Assembly (NCBI GenBank): GCA_963804995.1
Contig: CAWDSK010000002.1
Span: forward strand, 480,001 to 544,000
Direction: 5' to 3'
DNA: 64,000 nucleotides
Origin: an uncultured Acidobacteriota bacterium
GTDB lineage: Bacteria; Acidobacteriota; Terriglobia; UBA7540
This document shows, piece after piece, positions 20,373-30,714 of the stretch (its first letter is position 1; each line of letters starts with the position of its first letter). The notes beneath the pieces are model-generated. The model worked only from the letters and a program-made list of their open reading frames with translations, was not told where the DNA came from and did not search any database. A program made the position numbers and the translations under genes.

Positions 20373-21438
20373 GTCCTCTTCGCTCGCTTCCACGGCTTCC
20401 CTTTTGCCCTCTTGGCGTTTGATTTTCAGCAGCAGATTGGTGAGTCGGCGCACTTCTCGCAGGTTGGCATCTTGCATGCGCCGCATCAGCAAGCCATCCG
20501 CGTGGCTGGGCGCGACTTCCGCCGCGCGTTCGTAGGGCGAGGGCCCCGCCCAGCGACTGCTTCAGCAGGGCCTTGCGTTGCGTCTCACAACCCTCCGCCT
20601 GCCGGCTCAGGATATTCCTCAGGAGCTTGCGCGCCCGCTCCCGTGCCTTCCAGTCGTCCTTCGTGATCTTGGGGTACCGATCATCCTTTTCCGTATCTTC
20701 TCCCTCTTCATCATCGGGAAGTCCATCGATCTCTTCGGAGCCTTCGGGCCGGAGCACTATGCGCTCTCCGGAGGGGGTTAGCATAGAGACCGGCGAATCT
20801 ATCGTCTCCAGTCCGAAGATTGACCGGAAGCTGTTGATGGCGCCGCGATACCTCTCCTCTTGGGAAACTCCCTCCTTGTCCGCGCCAGGGTCCCGCAGTT
20901 GGTAGAAGAGGTCCAGGGCAATCTCACCCATTTCGGCCGCTACCCCGTCCTGCTGCAGTTTTTTCATGACTTCCAGGTCTTCGCAGGTGGTGACGTAATG
21001 CCAGCAGGCCACCGAGCGGGCCAGCGAGCGCAGCATTTCCACCGACATCTTGAGGCGCATCATCCGCGCGTGCAGCCGGTTGGGACGTCCCTGGTCAGCG
21101 CTCTGGGCGCGACGCAGCGCGTCGCCCTCCTGCGAACGATCCGCACGGTCCATCAGCCACAGGACCCGCGCCAGTCGGACCACCAATTTTTCCTGCAAGG
21201 CGCCGACGGGAGTGAATTCTTCGCGGAGTCCCGCGAGCAGTTCCTCGAAGTGAGCCGGGTCCTCCCCTAAACCGCACAAAGCCACCTCCTGCGCCCGGGC
21301 ATAGAAGCCATGACGCAGGCGCGCGGCGCCAGCGCGCTCCTTCCCCTCCACGGTCACCGGGCCTTGGGATTGATTCCCGTTGAGCCGATTGGCGGCCAGT
21401 TTCTTGTCCGACAGTTTATGTTTCTTAACTAGAGACAT
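20334..21438 (-). CDS. uncharacterised protein with AANRxNG..SQGPVTxEGK..RHG N-terminal motif; 1-nt frameshift near 20550
   Basis: GGAGG RBS; corrected C-terminus GPSPYERAAEVAP..LLMRRMQDANLREVRRLTNLLLKIKR..ILENKGT*. Confidence 0.75.
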
Positions 21439-21909
21439 GGAAAACCTCCAAGAGCAAAAACGCGTTCAGCCATCAGCCGTCAGCTTTCAGCTTACTGCCT
21501 AGTGCCGATTCCGACTTGTCAGGACTCGCAAAGGGGTCTCGCTGCCTACTGCTTATCCCGACTTGTCGGGACTCGCAAAAAGCGCTCGCTGCCTACTGCC
21601 TTCTGTTTCTCCCCAGGCCCCAAGCACCTAGCACTCAGCGCCGGGCACTTCACATTAAGATTAACATTTATCGTAGGGGTAATTGCAATGAGAAGATTTA
21701 CGCTTGGGCTACCGGTAGCCCAAATCGTACACGAGGGGCGTCTAATTGTCCGAATTCGTCCCTGCGCTACCCTCGATGTCCGCAAGTCCTTTCACCGTAG
21801 GGGGAGTCGCCGCGGCGACACCGTGGCCCGCTCGTCTCAGGGCAGGAGCAAAAAGACCGCAGTCTGCGCTGGGGAGCCGATGTACAATAGGGTCGGAGGT
21901 TGTGAAACG

Positions 21910-22101
21910 ATGCGGGGTTACGAATTCACGGTGGTGATTGAGAGGGACGAGGATGGGCGGTTTGTGGCCATTTGTCCCGCCCTCCAGGGTTGCTATACCG
22001 AGGGGGAGACCGAGGAAGAAGCACACCAACTTATTGAAGACGCCATCCGGCTGCACGTCGAGAGCCGAATTGCGAGAAAGGAATCCTTCGCCAAATTATG
22101 A
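21910..22101 (+). CDS. HicB-like antitoxin (short, no adjacent hicA)
   Basis: FTVVIERDEDGRFVAICPALQGCYTEGETEEEA..IEDAI; GGAGG RBS. Confidence 0.85.
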   Translation: MRGYEFTVVIERDEDGRFVAICPALQGCYTEGETEEEAHQLIEDAIRLHVESRIARKESFAKL

Positions 22102-22226
22102 GGGATGCGGAACTTACTTTTGACAACATGATGAAGGGGTGACCCTGGCTGGCGCAGAGATTACAGTTCGAACCGCGCCTGAGGTTGTGTGACCCGGAGG
22201 TGGCCACGGCCAATTCGTCTTGGGAA

Positions 22227-22276
22227 TTGACCGTGGGTTCGTCATAGAGTATTCTTTTAGCACCTAAAAAGGTGCT
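22227..22276 (+). promoter_or_regulatory. TA promoter with palindromic operator
   Basis: TTGACC-17 nt-TATTCT followed by AGCACCT-AAAA-AGGTGCT. Confidence 0.7.
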
Positions 22277-22293
22277 TTTAAAGGAGCAGGTCC

Positions 22294-22584
22294 ATGCTTG
22301 ACATTACCAAGGACATCCAGTCGCTGACGACCTTCCGCCGCCGGTCCGGCGAATTCATGAAGCATCTAAGAAGGAACAAGCGCCCCGTGGTGCTCACCGT
22401 GAGGGGGAAAGCAGCGGCCATCGTACAGGACGCCGAAGCCTATCAGCGATTGCTCGATATTGCCGCCCAGGCCGATGCCGAGGAAGGCATTCGTCAGGGC
22501 TTGGATGACGTCGCCCACGGACGCACTCGCCCGGCGAGAGAGGTATTTGACGAGATTCGCCGCAAACATGACATACCTCGTTGA
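22294..22584 (+). CDS. Phd/YefM-family antitoxin
   Basis: IQSLTTFRR...KRPVVLTVRGKAAAIVQDAEAYQ...GIRQGLDD. Confidence 0.9.
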   Translation: MLDITKDIQSLTTFRRRSGEFMKHLRRNKRPVVLTVRGKAAAIVQDAEAYQRLLDIAAQADAEEGIRQGLDDVAHGRTRPAREVFDEIRRKHDIPR

Positions 22585-22894
22585 GTTTGCCGCTCGCGCG
22601 GTCCGCGATCTTGAAACCCTTTATGTGGAAAAGAACGCTGCGGAGTCACACGCTGCGGGGCGCTGGTATAACGAGTTGGAGCTGGCGGTCTATGCGCTCG
22701 CATCGTACCCCCATCGCTGCCCCGTAGCCCCGGAGGCTCGGAGGATGAAGCGAGAGTTACGGAACCTGCTTTATGGCAAGAAGCCTCACGTTTATCGGGT
22801 CATTTATGAAGTCGATGAAGGCCGCCAAGCGGTGTCAGTGCTCACCATCCGCCACGGCGCAAGACGCAAGATTAAGGCGTCCGATCTCGCATAG
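22568..22894 (+). CDS. RelE/ParE-family toxin
   Basis: YLVEFAARAVRDL...PHRCPVAPE..RNLLYG..YRVIYEV..V.VLTIRHGAR; overlaps the antitoxin stop. Confidence 0.9.
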   Translation: MTYLVEFAARAVRDLETLYVEKNAAESHAAGRWYNELELAVYALASYPHRCPVAPEARRMKRELRNLLYGKKPHVYRVIYEVDEGRQAVSVLTIRHGARRKIKASDLA

Positions 22895-23304
22895 CGGGTA
22901 GCCCGGGGGTAGCGGTAGCGCAAAGGTGGGCGCCGTCTGCCCTCCTTTGCGGCCCTTTTCGGTGAATTGCGTTACCATGCGCGCCGTCGGTCCGCCGCGT
23001 ACGGCTGCCCACCATGACCGCGCATAGGTTGGCCGCCAGGCAGGAGCCTCACACAACATTGGGGCGATGAAAAGCTGCGGAGGAACGCAAAGTACGCGTA
23101 CCTCCGCGCTACCCTGCTCGTCCTGGCTACCGGTAGCGCAAATCGTACGGGAGGGACGTCCTTTTGTCCGAATACGTTGCTGCGTCACCCGGGCCCTCCC
23201 GCCGGAAGAATGTCCCACGTCGAGCCAGCCGTGGGATGCAGATGGTACGCAGGCGGATTCCGATCAGATCGGGACAGGCCGCGAAGCGTCATACTTGCTG
23301 AGTG

Positions 23305-23613
23305 ACCCCTCACCCGTCCCGCTCCGGCTGGTGAATGCGCCGGCAGCGGGCCACCCTCTCCCCTCGGAGAGGGCGATGCATTCGATTTGTGCGGTGTCCG
23401 GGAGAACATCACTAGGGCATCGGTCACTTAGCTCTTTATATGATACGAAACTCAAGATCGTTGGAGGGAAAACCTTCAGGCTTTTGATTGGCGAGGTCAG
23501 GATTCATCCACGGGTATGAGGATTAAATGTAGGATGTGCTAACCCTCTCCGAGGGGAGAGGGTGGACCGCAGCCGGCGTTCTCACCAGCCGGGGCGGGAC
23601 GGGTGAGGGGTCA
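23305..23613. repeat. inverted pair of CCCTCACCC/CCCTCTCCCCTCGGAGAGGG elements
   Basis: 23305-23374 and 23543-23613; family also at 17422-17585, 44176-44400, 48121-48274, 60880-60990. Confidence 0.8.
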
Positions 23614-23720
23614 TTCAAGAACAAATTGAAGAAGATGTGCAGTTGCCGGGCAGGTTCGAATGTTGACCCGAAATCGCCCGCTGCGCGGGCTGTGATGCTG
23701 AGCGAGTGTCGCAGGGGGCA

Positions 23721-25139
23721 TCAGATGCTCGCGGCTTTTCGATAACGCGCCATGTGTTCCTGAAGGTCAGGATTATCAGGGTCGAGGGCGAGTGCTTTTC
23801 TCTGAGTATCGACTGCCTTCTGAAAATCCTCGTTGACGAAGTAAGCTTCCGCCAGAGTATCGATGAATTCCGACTCTTTCCATTGCGTCAACTCCACCGC
23901 GAGCTGGGCGTGGGCCAGAGCAGCTTCGGGGTCGCGATACTTCAGGTCTTCGCAAGTGGCGTACAGCCACGCGAGGTTGTTGTGAGCTGCCGCCATGGCG
24001 GGTTCCAGACGCAAGGCTTCGGCGTAGTGGGCGATTGCCTCGGGGTAGAGTTTCTGTTCCGCGTAAAGATCGGCCAGCAACCTTTGGCCCTCAGCAGTCT
24101 GAGGACTCTTCCCCAATACCTTCTCAAAAATCTGCTGCGCTTTCGGGAGGTCGCCTTTCAAGCGGTAGACCATACCCAGTCTCAGTTGAGCCTCGGGATC
24201 GTCCGGGTCGAGGCGAATCGCTTCTTCGCACTCGCGCAGGGCCTGGTCATACTGCTTCTGGGCGAGGTAAAGCGCGCTCAGTTGCTCGTGAGGGCGCTCG
24301 TCGTGGGGAGCCCGGCGCGCAGCTTCCTGGAAACTTTGAAGGGCTCGATCATACTTCCGGGCCGTCGCGAACCGCGAGCCCTCCGCCAGCAATCGGTTGA
24401 CGGCCTGGGTCGTTCGATAGTGTTCCCCCGTCCCCGCCATGGCGAGCAACACCACCACGACCGGCAGCACTACCATTCCCTGTGAGGGGGACTCCACAAT
24501 TTCCCCCGGGACACGGACGTGTTCAGGAGGCGGAATCACCAGTGCCAACAAGATGCCACTCGCGAGGCCACCCAAGTGTCCCCAATTATCGATGCCGTGC
24601 GCCCAATACCCGGAGGCCAAAACGAGGACAATGAAGGGAATGATTCCCTTGCCGAACGACCTGCCCCAGCGGGGAGGAACGGCGTCGCGGTGAAGGTAAC
24701 CGGTAACCAGTATCGCGCCGGCGATGCCGCAGATGGCTCCTGAGGCTCCGGCGGAGATGTTGGTTGATACCGTCATCGACAGCAGCGCGCTGCCCATCCC
24801 CGCGGCGACGTAAATCGCGGCGTAACGCCCGTAACCGTACACACGTTCGAGCAGCGGTCCCAGGAAAAAAAGCGCGTAGCTATTCCCCAACAAATGACCC
24901 CAACCGATGTGCAGGAATATCGGCATGACCAGGCGCCAGTACTCGCCGCGCCGGAAATAGGGACCGTAAGCAGCGCCGAAGTCGAGCAGGACTCCGGTTT
25001 TTTCTGATCCCCCGGCGTACGTCTCCAAAAGGAAAATCAGCAGATTGAGGGCGAGGATGACGAAAGTGGCGATTGGCCAGGAGCGCCGGGGAGGAGAATC
25101 CTGTTGCGGTACCGGATAATTTAAAGGTTGGTCGGCCAT
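23721..25139 (-). CDS. rhomboid intramembrane serine protease fused to TPR repeats
   Basis: EYWRL, FLHIGWGHLLGN, GASGA catalytic Ser motif, GHLGG, C-terminal TPRs. Confidence 0.92.
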   Translation of the reverse strand: MADQPLNYPVPQQDSPPRRSWPIATFVILALNLLIFLLETYAGGSEKTGVLLDFGAAYGPYFRRGEYWRLVMPIFLHIGWGHLLGNSYALFFLGPLLERVYGYGRYAAIYVAAGMGSALLSMTVSTNISAGASGAICGIAGAILVTGYLHRDAVPPRWGRSFGKGIIPFIVLVLASGYWAHGIDNWGHLGGLASGILLALVIPPPEHVRVPGEIVESPSQGMVVLPVVVVLLAMAGTGEHYRTTQAVNRLLAEGSRFATARKYDRALQSFQEAARRAPHDERPHEQLSALYLAQKQYDQALRECEEAIRLDPDDPEAQLRLGMVYRLKGDLPKAQQIFEKVLGKSPQTAEGQRLLADLYAEQKLYPEAIAHYAEALRLEPAMAAAHNNLAWLYATCEDLKYRDPEAALAHAQLAVELTQWKESEFIDTLAEAYFVNEDFQKAVDTQRKALALDPDNPDLQEHMARYRKAASI

Positions 25140-25181
25140 CAGTCTCAGTCAAATGTCAGGGGTTGGAAGCGGGCGAGCCGC

Positions 25182-25769
25182 TTACGCCTTGGGGAGCTCC
25201 TCATAATAGCTTTCGCCGGCGCACGAACGGCACAAAACTTGTCCCGCGACGTGGCGCTCGCGGCCATCGTTGATTCCCTCCCCGCAACGGGTGCAGTTCA
25301 CACGGGATCGTGGCCTGCCCGGAAGGTCGCCAGGATCGAGTTTCACGCGCACCCACTGAACGGTAAACAATTCGCCGTCACCCATCACCTTGTAGGCTTC
25401 GAGTTGCGCCTGATGGGGGTCGGAAAGAGCGGGAAACATTAACTTGGCGCGCTGGCGCGAATCGTCGCGGGCCACGATGCGAACCGCGTGACCCGTTTCC
25501 GTATCGACGAAGGTGGCCGCCACCTTGCCGTAATCGTGGAACTTGAGGGTGCGCTTCCCCAACCGGCAACCCGTTACCAGGCTGATGGTGTCGGTCGCGC
25601 AACGATCGATTTCAACAAACGTTAACAGGCGCTTGCAGTGCTTTACCGGATCGTCAAACCCCAGCGCCTGCAGGCCGTAGATGGCCATGCGAATTCCCAG
25701 CATCTGGCCGGGACACATGTGGCCATGATTCTGCCCCGCCAGCGTGATGTACTCTTCCAACGTTTTCAT
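25182..25769 (-). CDS. FmdE-family protein with C-terminal zinc finger
   Basis: HGHMCPG..LG.RM, EIDRCATD, TGCRLGKR, CTRCGE..CRSC. Confidence 0.9.
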   Translation of the reverse strand: MKTLEEYITLAGQNHGHMCPGQMLGIRMAIYGLQALGFDDPVKHCKRLLTFVEIDRCATDTISLVTGCRLGKRTLKFHDYGKVAATFVDTETGHAVRIVARDDSRQRAKLMFPALSDPHQAQLEAYKVMGDGELFTVQWVRVKLDPGDLPGRPRSRVNCTRCGEGINDGRERHVAGQVLCRSCAGESYYEELPKA

Positions 25770-25967
25770 GGGCGCAGCCCGCAGTGGGAAATTATACCAT
25801 CCCGCTGCGGGCCGCGGCGTGCGTCGGCGGCGCTTGGGTTGACTTCCTTGACAGTTGCTTTGGGGTGGGAAGAGAATCGTTGTAGCTTGTCGGCGCGCAA
25901 TTGTATGGCTGGAGGGGCGCGGTGGAAAGAGGGAGAATCGCTGCCTCACGCACCAGGAGAGGAAACC

Positions 25968-27206
25968 ATGTTGGGTAAGAAAACAGTTCGAGCGTTAGTG
26001 CTGGCACTGCTGGTTGCGATGGCGAAGGCCACGGCGGTCACCCCCCCGCGCCCTGCCAATCCGCACGACTTTGCCGTGATGGCGTGGGACAACGCGCCGT
26101 CCGACCCGGAACAGTTGCGGCTGATGAAGGAGGCCGGGCTCAACATCGCGGGATTCTGTGCGCCCCACGATGTGGAACGCGTGCACGCTGCGGGTCTCAC
26201 TTGTTTCGTTTCGGACGGACGGGTAAGCGGCTACGATTGGGAAAAGCTGCCGCCGGATATAGAACTCAAGAAAAATATTGCGGCTGCGGTTCACGACGTG
26301 GCAGGCAATCCCGCTGTCCTCGGCTACCTGCTGCGAGATGAACCGCGCGTAAATCTGTTCCCAGGGCTGGGGCACATAGAGAGACTGCTGGCTGAGGCAA
26401 TGCCCGGCGGCTGGCCTTACGTAAACCTCTTTGCAGCCTTCGGTGGCCGCGCTTTCACGGGCGCCGACGACTACGAAACGTACCTGCGGGAATATGTCGA
26501 GAAGGTTCATCCCCCCTTCCTTAGTTATGACGACTACGCGCTGGTGGAAGGTGAGATGCGCGATATCTTTTACACCAATCTCGAATTGGCGCGCCGGGTG
26601 AGCCTGGAAGCGAAGATCCCCTTTTGGAATTGCATTCTTTCGACCGCCCATTATGACTACATGGTGGCATCGGACGCGACCTACGGACTTCAGGTATACA
26701 GCACCCTCGCTTACGGCGGGCGCGGCATTGAGTACTACACCTATTTCACGTCAGAGGGCGGAAACCATCACCTGGGTCCCATCGATCAATTCGGCTTCCG
26801 CACCCCGACCTGGGATATGCTGCGGCGCATTAATTACCAGATTCATGCCCTGGCGCCAACGCTGATTCACCTTCACAGCACGGGCGTTTACCACTGGCGG
26901 GATGTGCCGCTGGAAGGTCACCCGCTGGCGGAAAGCCGCCTGGTGCAGAGGATTGATGTTGCCACGCCCTCTTTGCGCCACGCGAAGGAACCGCGCTTTC
27001 TGCTGGGAGAATTTGAAGATTCCCAGGGCCGCCCTTACCTTATGCTGGTCAATAAAGACCTCGGCCAGTCCTTCACGTTCAAGATTCAACTCAAAGAGGC
27101 AGGGAAGAAATTGATCTGGGTCTCGTCTTTTACCGGAGAAGAGGCTGGTGAAACCCCGGACGCCTGGCTCGCTCCCGGCGCCGGAATGCTATATCGCTTG
27201 CAGTGA
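25968..27206 (+). CDS. secreted putative glycoside hydrolase (clan A-like TIM barrel)
   Basis: Signal peptide, LGYLLRDEP, YVNLF, LSYDDY, LAYGGRGIEYY. Confidence 0.65.
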   Translation: MLGKKTVRALVLALLVAMAKATAVTPPRPANPHDFAVMAWDNAPSDPEQLRLMKEAGLNIAGFCAPHDVERVHAAGLTCFVSDGRVSGYDWEKLPPDIELKKNIAAAVHDVAGNPAVLGYLLRDEPRVNLFPGLGHIERLLAEAMPGGWPYVNLFAAFGGRAFTGADDYETYLREYVEKVHPPFLSYDDYALVEGEMRDIFYTNLELARRVSLEAKIPFWNCILSTAHYDYMVASDATYGLQVYSTLAYGGRGIEYYTYFTSEGGNHHLGPIDQFGFRTPTWDMLRRINYQIHALAPTLIHLHSTGVYHWRDVPLEGHPLAESRLVQRIDVATPSLRHAKEPRFLLGEFEDSQGRPYLMLVNKDLGQSFTFKIQLKEAGKKLIWVSSFTGEEAGETPDAWLAPGAGMLYRLQ

Positions 27207-28477
27207 TTACTTGCTTTGCCGCCCGCAGTCGCGCACCGTTTCGTACATGGCCAGGACGTTTTCAATCGGGACGCCGGCTTGCACGTTGTGGGTGGTGTTG
27301 AAGACATATCCCCCACCCCTTCCAAAAGTGCGCAAGCGCGCGCAGACTTCCTTGCGAACATCCTCGGCGGTTCCGAAGGGCAGGGTGCGTTGCGTATCCA
27401 CACCGCCGCCCCAGAAAGTGACGCTTCCGCCGAATTCCTGCTTGAGTTCCTCCGGCGCCATGCAGGCGGCTGAGCACTGCACGGGATTGAGGATGTCGAA
27501 GCCCGCGTCAATGAAGTCGGGGATCAACGCCCGCACGGAGCCGCAGGAGTGAATGAAAGTCTTCCACGTCGTGTGCTGATGCACCCAATCGTTGACAGCC
27601 TTGTTGAAGGGCTTAAAAAGGTTGCGATAGGTTTGGGGTGAGATGAAGGGGCCATTTTGCTGCCCGAAGTCTGTCCCCGACAAAAAGGCCACCGTCACGC
27701 GCTCACCTACGACCTGGTGGATCCTCTCAAGGTTCCTGATACCCATCTCGCACTGGCATTCAAAAATCTTGTAGATGAAATCGCGGCGCGTGAGGGTGCT
27801 GACGTACCATTCCTCGACGTTGCGGATTCCCTTGGGATGTTTCAGCCAGGGGCCGGGGACCAACGCGATGTCGCCGAAAGCCGTTCCTCCAAAATTCCCC
27901 AGCACGGCTTTATCGGTCTCGGTCCAGATTCTTTCCGCCTCGCGTCCCAGATGCGCCAGGTCTTCGTCAGCAATGGGGCCAAACTCTTCCAGGTTATCTT
28001 CGAGGTTCAGGTTGTTGTCGTCGAGCGGAGCCTGGCGCGGGATCGAGTCAAAATAGAAGCCGCCTTTCGGCATGCGGCCACTGGGTGGGACGGACTTGTC
28101 TCCCTCGGGATACATCAGGATGTCGCCCTGCGCGTCCGGTTCGGTATTGAAGCCTTCGGGAACCAGCACCGGGGTCCCCGCAAAGTTGTCCAAGGCTTCC
28201 AGCCCTGGTTTTTGAAACCGAACATGGTGGCAGGCTTTCCCAGCCCCACCACGTCGACGCCAAGGGCCTCCATCAGGTCCGCCTTGATTTCACCCAGCAT
28301 TTGATAGGGTTCCATCACCTTCACAGGTGTGCCGGGCGCGTCCAGGCCGAGCGCCTGACGGAGTTTGTAGACTGTATCAACCTGCATCCCGGTTACGGCA
28401 CTAGCGCCGAGGTCAACCGGCACGCGGTCGGCTTCCTGATGATTCAGGGCAAGATTGACGCGTTCACGTGAAGTCAT
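27207..28477 (-). CDS. URO-D/MtaA-family methyltransferase-like protein; frameshift near 28185
   Basis: MTSRERV..ALNHQEADRVP, TDFGQQNG, FIHSCG, ILNPVQ, FWGGGVDTQ, HNVQ. Confidence 0.88.
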
Positions 28478-28616
28478 GGAAGACACCCCCAGGGACAAGT
28501 GGCGAGAAATCGAAAGACGAAAATCGAAACTCGAAATTCGAAACTCGCCCCGACTTTCGACTTTCGGCCTTGGTTAGGCCAGCACACGTCTCTTGTCACT
28601 CATCATTGACATAAGG

Positions 28617-29908
28617 CTAAGCCGCGGCGTCCAGACGTAAGGGATAGGCGCCATACTCGCGCGCGGCTTGATACATGGCGAGCACGTTCTCAACCGGCAC
28701 GAGCGCTTGGACATTGTGAACGGCGTTGAAAACGAAGCCTCCACCAGGACCAAAGGCCCTGATGCGTTCGCGAACCTCGTTGCGAACGTCTGCCGTCGTG
28801 CCGAAAGGCAGTGTGCGCTGTGTGTCCACCCCGCCACCCCAGAAGGTCATCCGGCTGCCGAATTTCGTTTTCAGATCGAAAGGATTCATGTGCGCCGCTG
28901 AGCACTGCACGGGGTTGAGGATTTCGAAGCCGGCGGCGATGAAATCCTCGAGCAGCGCCCACACGGAACCGCAACTGTGGATGAAGGTCTTCCACTGTGT
29001 GCTGCGGTGCACCCAATTGTTGACCTGTTTGTGGAAAGGCTGGAAAAGTTGGCGGTAAGTCTTAGGCGAAACAAAGGGCCCATTCTGAGCGCCGAAATCC
29101 GTGCCGCTAAGGTAGGCAGCGGTCACGCGGTTGCCCACCACCGCGAAAATCTTTTCGAGGTTCGCCAGATTGATTTCCGTCTGGCGTTCGAAAATTTTGT
29201 AGATGTGATCTTGCCGCGAGCTCAGGCTGACGTACCACTCCTCGACGTTGCGAATTCCCTTGGGGTGGATCAGCCCCGGCCCGGGAACTCGGGCGATGTT
29301 GCCGAGCGATAGCGCGCCCAAGTTCAGCACGATGGCCTTGTCCGTCCCAGTGTAAAGCTCCTCCGCGCGGCTACGAAAATGTTCCAGTTCCTCGTCGGTA
29401 ATGGGGCCGAACTCTTCGAGATTATCCTCGACGCGCAGGTTGTTCTCGTCCAAAGGTTCCTGCCGCACAATGACATCAAAGTAAAATCCCCCCGCGGCAT
29501 GCGCGCGGAAGGTGACGCCGAGTAGTCGCCTTGCGGGTATAAAAGCAGGTCGCCGTTCGGGGCGGTCCGGGTGTTGAAACCGGAGGGGACCAGCGCCGGG
29601 GTGCCGCCGAAGGTCTTCCACTCTTTCCACCCTTCCAGCTTGAAGCCGAACGCCGTCCCCGTGCCGGGCAGTAACACCGTATCGATTCCCAAGGCGTCCA
29701 GCAAGTCAGGCTTGATCTCCCCCAGCATCTGGAAGGGCTCGAGGATCTTGACGGGTGTGCCGGGGGCATCCAAATCCAGCGCTTGCCGCAGCCGATAGAC
29801 GGTGTCCACATGCATTCCGGTCACCGAAGTCCCCCCCAGGTCGAGGGGAAGGCGATCGGGTTCCTGGTGCGCAAGCGCAAGTTGAACTCGCTCACGGGAG
29901 CTCATCAT
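28617..29908 (-). CDS. URO-D/MtaA-family methyltransferase-like protein (tandem paralog); frameshift near 29495
   Basis: SSRERV..AHQEPDRLP, TDFGAQNG, FIHSCG, FWGGGVDTQ, HNVQ. Confidence 0.88.
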
Positions 29909-30057
29909 GGCCTAACTCCTACTTCTACGCCGCGCCCGCGCGGACCACGGCGTTCCTTAGAATTTTTGTCGGCGCGGTTCCAGGCAGCGCCAACCGGGAC
30001 CCGTCCCAACATCGTCGGGAGGTCAGCGCTACAGGACGCCATCGGACTTTTTGCTCG

Positions 30058-30696
30058 TCAGGCTGCGGCGACGTTCCTAGCCAATTCCACGGCGGCGGGC
30101 GCGTCCTTGCCGTACCCATCCGCGCCGATCGAGTGTGCCCAGGCATCGGTGACGGGTGCGCCGCCCACCAGGACTTTTACTTTTTCGCGAAGTCCGGCCT
30201 TCGACAGCGCCTCAATCACCGACTTCATATTCACCATCGTGGTGGTAAGCAGCGCCGACAGCGCCACGATATTGGCCGAGTGCTTTTGGACCGCTTCCAC
30301 GACCTTCTCAGGCGTAACGTCAACGCCCAGGTCGATGATTTGAAAACCGGCGCTTTCCAGCATCATGGCCACGATATTCTTGCCGATGTCGTGCAAGTCA
30401 CCTTTCACGGTGCCGCACACGACCGTGCCGGCGGATTTGACGGACTCGTCGCCCACCAACAGGGGCCGCAAGATGTCCGTCGAACCGCGCGCGGCGCGAG
30501 CAGCGATTAGCACTTCGGGAATGAAGAATTCACATTCCCGCATGCGGCGTCCGACTTCGTCCATGGCCGGGATGATGGCCTTGGGGAAAAACTCAGCCGG
30601 CCGAATTCCTTCCTTCAGCATTTTGTCGGTCAATTCCTTGGCTAATGGAGCTTTCCCATCGATGATTGCCTGTTGAAGTTCTTCAAAGCGTGTCAT
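30058..30696 (-). CDS. methyltransferase corrinoid protein (MtaC/MttC-like)
   Basis: FFIPEVLIAARA cap, GDLHDIGKNIV (DxHxxG), LSALLTTT, VGGAPV. Confidence 0.95.
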   Translation of the reverse strand: MTRFEELQQAIIDGKAPLAKELTDKMLKEGIRPAEFFPKAIIPAMDEVGRRMRECEFFIPEVLIAARAARGSTDILRPLLVGDESVKSAGTVVCGTVKGDLHDIGKNIVAMMLESAGFQIIDLGVDVTPEKVVEAVQKHSANIVALSALLTTTMVNMKSVIEALSKAGLREKVKVLVGGAPVTDAWAHSIGADGYGKDAPAAVELARNVAAA

Positions 30697-30714
30697 ACGT
30701 GTCTCCCTTTTAAG

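Noticed and set aside
25182..25769. FmdE as evidence of methanofuran-dependent C1 metabolism
   Set aside because: Stand-alone FmdE-family genes are widespread in bacteria and no other fmd/fwd subunits are present.
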